Source: an uncultured Bacteroidales bacterium
GTDB lineage: Bacteria > Bacteroidota > Bacteroidia > Bacteroidales > WCHB1-69
Assembly (NCBI GenBank): GCA_946624065.1
Contig: CAMORT010000006.1
Coordinates: 339 to 64,338, forward strand
Direction of reading: 5' to 3'
DNA length: 64,000 nt
Part shown: positions 60,295-64,000 of the stretch, one piece after another
Layout: every line of letters starts with the position of its first letter
Numbering within the stretch: the stretch's first letter is position 1
Notes under the pieces: generated by a model
Databases searched by the model: none
What the model was told of the DNA's origin: nothing
The model's input: the letters and a program-made list of their open reading frames with translations, nothing else
Program-made: the position numbers and the translations under genes

Positions 60295-61533
60295 ATGATC
60301 GAAATAATGTCACCGGCTGGCTCGTATGAGTCTCTAATGGCCGCCATACAGGCGGGTGCCGGTTCCGTATATTTTGGCGTAGGGGTATTGAATATGCGCT
60401 CGCGCTCCGCCGCTAATTTCACGCTGGAAGACCTGCAACAGATTACGGACATTTGCCACGAGCATCATGTGAATTCCTATCTCACCGTCAACACTATTGT
60501 CTATAACGACGAAATTGAAAAGGCGCACGAATTGCTCGATGTGGCAAAAAGATGCCAAGTCACCGCCATTATCGCTTCCGACATGGCTGTTATACAGTAC
60601 GCCCGCCAAATCGGGTTGGAGGTCCATTTATCCACCCAGTGCAATGTCACCAATGTGGAGGCCGTGCGCTATTATGCCCAGTTTGCCGATGTGATTGTGT
60701 TGGGTCGTGAATGCACGCTGAAACAAGTGGCAGACATTTGCCAAACCATTAAGGAACAAAACATTACGGGTCCAAAAGGCGAATTGGTGAAAATCGAAAT
60801 CTTCGTGCACGGGGCCTTGTGCATGGCCGTATCCGGAAGATGTTACCTCAGCTTGGACAACTATAATTTTTCCTCTAACCGTGGGGCGTGCAACCAACCC
60901 TGCCGACGCGCCTACAAAATCATAGATGAGGAAAATGAAATCGAATTACATGTGGATAATCCCTATATCCTATCACCTAAAGACCTGTGTACCATAGGTT
61001 TTCTGGATAAAATCATCAAAGCGGGGGTTTCCGTCCTTAAGATTGAGGGGCGTGGCCGCTCACCGGAATATGTGAAAGTGGTGACGGAGTGCTATCATGA
61101 AGCCCTGCACGCCATTGAGAACGGAACATTCACCCAAGAGAAAACTGAGGAGTGGACCTCCAGAATGCGCGATGTCTATAACCGTGGATTCTGGGGCGGA
61201 TATTACCTTGGCCGCACTATGGGCGAGTGGTCCAAACGCTACGGGTCACAAGCCACCCGCTACAAACAGAGGGTCGGAAAAATCACCAACTATTTTTCCA
61301 AACTATCCGTGGCTGAAGTCTGCATGGAGGAAGGCGAACTTTCCGTTGGCGATGACATTCTCATTATCGGCTCCACCACAGGTGTGTATGAAGACCATTT
61401 GTCGGAAATCCGACTGGACCTGAAACCCGTGGAAAAAGTGGAGAAGGGTGTGCTTTGCTCCATTCCCGTGAAAGAACTTGTGCGCCGCGGTGACCAGATT
61501 TTCAAATGGGTCACGGTCGTGGACGAATTCTAA
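60295..61533 (+). CDS. Peptidase U32 family protein (probable tRNA/rRNA hydroxylation enzyme)
   Basis: EIMSPAG, HLSTQ, FVHGALCMAVSGRC, NRGACNQPCR and LKIEGRGR. Confidence 0.92.
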   Translation: MIEIMSPAGSYESLMAAIQAGAGSVYFGVGVLNMRSRSAANFTLEDLQQITDICHEHHVNSYLTVNTIVYNDEIEKAHELLDVAKRCQVTAIIASDMAVIQYARQIGLEVHLSTQCNVTNVEAVRYYAQFADVIVLGRECTLKQVADICQTIKEQNITGPKGELVKIEIFVHGALCMAVSGRCYLSLDNYNFSSNRGACNQPCRRAYKIIDEENEIELHVDNPYILSPKDLCTIGFLDKIIKAGVSVLKIEGRGRSPEYVKVVTECYHEALHAIENGTFTQEKTEEWTSRMRDVYNRGFWGGYYLGRTMGEWSKRYGSQATRYKQRVGKITNYFSKLSVAEVCMEEGELSVGDDILIIGSTTGVYEDHLSEIRLDLKPVEKVEKGVLCSIPVKELVRRGDQIFKWVTVVDEF

Positions 61534-61671
61534 ATTTCCTATTTTATTCATTTATAGATATTTATCTTTTTTTATTAAAAATTGAGTAAATTTACTTACT
61601 TGATTTTATAATTATATTGTTTTATTTTTGCATGGTATAAAATCAGATATTGTTACACTAAAACTATAATT

Positions 61672-62157
61672 ATGAAAAAGCTTTACTTTACCTTGATTTT
61701 CTGCGCCTTAGCATTCACGGCATTCTGCCAGACTGGCGTTGTGACCGCAGGCGGCACGGCCTCCGGCAACGGCGGCTCCGCCACCTACACTGTGGGACAG
61801 ATCGCGGACCAGCGTGCGGAAACCGACGGCAAGTACATCATCGAGGGTGTGCAGCAGCCCTACGAGATCCAGACCGTGGGCGTGAACAACTATCCGGGCA
61901 TCCAACTCGAGGCGGTGCTCTACCCCAACCCCACCGCACACTCCGTGCAACTGAAAATCTCCAATTACGAGATCCCCTCCGACGGACTTAAAGCACAGCT
62001 CTTCGACAAGAGCGGCAAACTCCTGCGGGTGTTCGATGTCTTCGACCTCCTCACCCGAATGGACCTCTCCGAGTACCCCTCCGCCACCTACCAACTGCGC
62101 ATCATGGACGGCAAGCAGCTGCTGAAGACCTTCCAGATTGTGAAGAACAGATTTTAG
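61672..62157 (+). CDS. Small T9SS type A sorting domain protein
   Basis: Signal peptide, a short AGG...GSATYTVGQ...EGVQQPYE segment, then the LYPNP...FQIVK CTD. Confidence 0.85.
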   Translation: MKKLYFTLIFCALAFTAFCQTGVVTAGGTASGNGGSATYTVGQIADQRAETDGKYIIEGVQQPYEIQTVGVNNYPGIQLEAVLYPNPTAHSVQLKISNYEIPSDGLKAQLFDKSGKLLRVFDVFDLLTRMDLSEYPSATYQLRIMDGKQLLKTFQIVKNRF

Positions 62158-62188
62158 GTTCCGTTTAACATAAAACTGTCCTCTGCTC

Positions 62189-62282
62189 TTTGGGGTTCCG
62201 CTGCCTTCGGCAGCGGAATGGTGGTGGGGTGTTAAGTTATTGACCTCCACCATTCCGCTCGCTACGCGAGCGGAACCCCAAA
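62189..62282. repeat. REPIN-like cruciform: two inverted 36-nt palindromic units
   Basis: tttgggg-ttccgctgcc(ttc)ggcagcggaa-tggtgg ... ccacca-ttccgctcgc(tac)gcgagcggaa-ccccaaa. Confidence 0.85.
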
Positions 62283-62327
62283 CACAACCGACAACTGACT
62301 CTAATTGTTTAACTAAATCCCTATATT

Positions 62328-64000
62328 ATGAAAAAATCATTACTCTTTCTTTTCGTTTTGATGCTCTCAGCGGCCGCTTTGTTCGCACAGGCGCCGCAAA
62401 AGATGAGTTATCAGGCCGTGGTGCGCAACGCCAACAACACGCTTGTCACCAGCCAGAATGTCTCTGCCAGGGTCTCCATCCTGCAGGGCAGCGTGAACGG
62501 GACGCCCGTTTATGTTGAGATTCACAACGCCACCACCAACGCCAACGGCCTGCTCACCCTCGAGGTGGGCGGCGGCAGCACCGTCGTGGGCTCCCTGGCC
62601 GCAGTTGACTGGGCCAACGGTCCCTTCTTCCTGAAATCGGAGATCGACCCGAATGGCGGCGTCAACTACAGCATTGAAGGCACCCAGCAGCTGATGAGTG
62701 TGCCTTACGCCCTTTACGCCGAGAAGGCTGGCAATGTGCCCGCCTTCGGCATCACTCCCGTTGATTCCGGATATGTGATTGCTGTTACGCAACCCGGCGG
62801 AACCCCGCAAACCTACTTCCTGCCCACCGGCGGCGGACAAGGGCCTGCGGGCAATGACGGCCTTTCCGCTTACCAGTTGTGGCTCAACGCTGGCAACACA
62901 GGATCAGAGGCCGACTTCCTCGACTCCCTGGTGGGAACTCCCGGCAATGACGGCCAGGACGGCGTGGGCATTGACTCCATTGCCAAGACCGGCACCGCGG
63001 ACAATGTGGACACCTACACCATTTACTACAGCAACAACACCACTTCCACTTATACCGTAACCAACGGTGTGGATGGAGCTCCCGGCACCCCCGGCGACCC
63101 TGGCTTCTCTCCCACCATCACGGTGGATACGGGCGCTGCCGGCATGGTGCTCACCATCACCGATGTCAACGGCTCCAACCAGTACATCATCCCGAACGGC
63201 GGAGGTTCCGGATCCGGTGGCACGATTGTGCAACAGCAGGTGAACTGGAACGAGACCAACCCAGCCAGCGTGTCCTACATCCTCAACAAGCCCTCCCTGG
63301 CCACCGTGGCCACCAGCGGCTCCTACAACGACCTTCTGGACAAGCCGGCCATCCCCACCAACATCAGCCAGCTGAACAACGACGCCGGCTTTGTGACCAC
63401 CGCTTCCGTGCCCACTCTTAATGTGACGCAGACCGACACGGGCTATGTGCTCACCATCACTGAGAATGGTTCCACACAAACCTATATCCTTCGCGACGGG
63501 CGTGATGGTCAGGATGGCCAGGACGGAAATGACGGAAACGATGGTGAAGACGGCAATGACGGCGTGTCACCCACCATCACATTGGACACGGCCGGTTCCA
63601 ATCTTATGGTCACCATCACGGATGCCAACGGCTCCAACACCACCATAATTCCGCTTTCCTCCGGCAGTGGCACCTTCACCCAACTGCCCGCCGACTGGAA
63701 CGCCACAAGCGGTGTGCAGCAGATTTTGCACAAACCGACACTGGCTACAGTAGCCACCAGCGGCAACTATAACGACTTGACCAACAAACCGACCATCCCC
63801 GCCGAGCAGGTGCAGGCCAACTGGAATGAGACGAACACCTCATCCAAGGCATACATCCAGAATAAACCTACGATTCCTGCAGCTCAGGTGAACGCCGACT
63901 GGAACGCCACAAGTGGTGTGCAACAGATTTTGAACAAGCCGACTCTCGCCACCGTTGCCACCAGCGGCTCCTACAACGACTTGACCAACAAGCCCACCAT
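62328..64000 (+). CDS. Large secreted repeat protein with collagen-like and tail-fibre-like repeats (3' truncated; not in ORF track)
   Basis: Frame is open from ATG 62328 to the window end: MKKSLLFLFVLMLSAAALFAQAPQKMSYQAVVRN...QQLMSVPYALYA...GQDGQDGNDGNDGEDGNDG...LATVATSGSYNDLTNKPT. Confidence 0.88.
   Translation, partial: MKKSLLFLFVLMLSAAALFAQAPQKMSYQAVVRNANNTLVTSQNVSARVSILQGSVNGTPVYVEIHNATTNANGLLTLEVGGGSTVVGSLAAVDWANGPFFLKSEIDPNGGVNYSIEGTQQLMSVPYALYAEKAGNVPAFGITPVDSGYVIAVTQPGGTPQTYFLPTGGGQGPAGNDGLSAYQLWLNAGNTGSEADFLDSLVGTPGNDGQDGVGIDSIAKTGTADNVDTYTIYYSNNTTSTYTVTNGVDGAPGTPGDPGFSPTITVDTGAAGMVLTITDVNGSNQYIIPNGGGSGSGGTIVQQQVNWNETNPASVSYILNKPSLATVATSGSYNDLLDKPAIPTNISQLNNDAGFVTTASVPTLNVTQTDTGYVLTITENGSTQTYILRDGRDGQDGQDGNDGNDGEDGNDGVSPTITLDTAGSNLMVTITDANGSNTTIIPLSSGSGTFTQLPADWNATSGVQQILHKPTLATVATSGNYNDLTNKPTIPAEQVQANWNETNTSSKAYIQNKPTIPAAQVNADWNATSGVQQILNKPTLATVATSGSYNDLTNKPT

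Noticed and set aside
63690-64000. The 204-nt-spaced repeat pair as a DGR template/variable repeat
   Set aside because: Both copies are in-frame coding and the differences are mostly synonymous and not adenine-specific.

Overview
A gene-dense, mostly core-genome stretch of a Bacteroidota (Bacteroidales-like) chromosome. The assignment rests on TAnnTTTG -7 promoter boxes, A-rich translation starts without obvious Shine-Dalgarno motifs, several T9SS C-terminal-domain proteins and the coaX-OMP-TPR-lptC cluster. About 55 CDS are present: housekeeping genes (alaS, truA, coaX, ribD, xerD, cinA, surE, upp, purB, priA, miaB, mutS2, dnaG) and many proteases (DPP7-like S46, S8, gingipain-like C25, S41). 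Accessory-looking sequence is confined to the two ends. The left end has an M48/YgjP-like tail, an AAA-DUF4143 ATPase behind a 33-bp tandem repeat, and a four-helix-bundle gene followed by a perfect 22-bp palindrome. The right end has a tiny T9SS-CTD protein, a 94-bp REPIN-like cruciform with two C-GNA-G triloop hairpins, and a large secreted protein built from collagen-like and phage-tail-fibre-like repeats that runs off the window; this is the best candidate for an undescribed system. Also noted are a 53-aa Cys-rich lipoprotein missed by the ORF track, a Bacillota-type purB, a perfectly palindromic divergent promoter and dispersed 7/8-mer intergenic arrays. I saw no rRNA, tRNA, CRISPR array, transposase or reverse transcriptase. 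All family calls come from motif recognition by eye, not from database searches.
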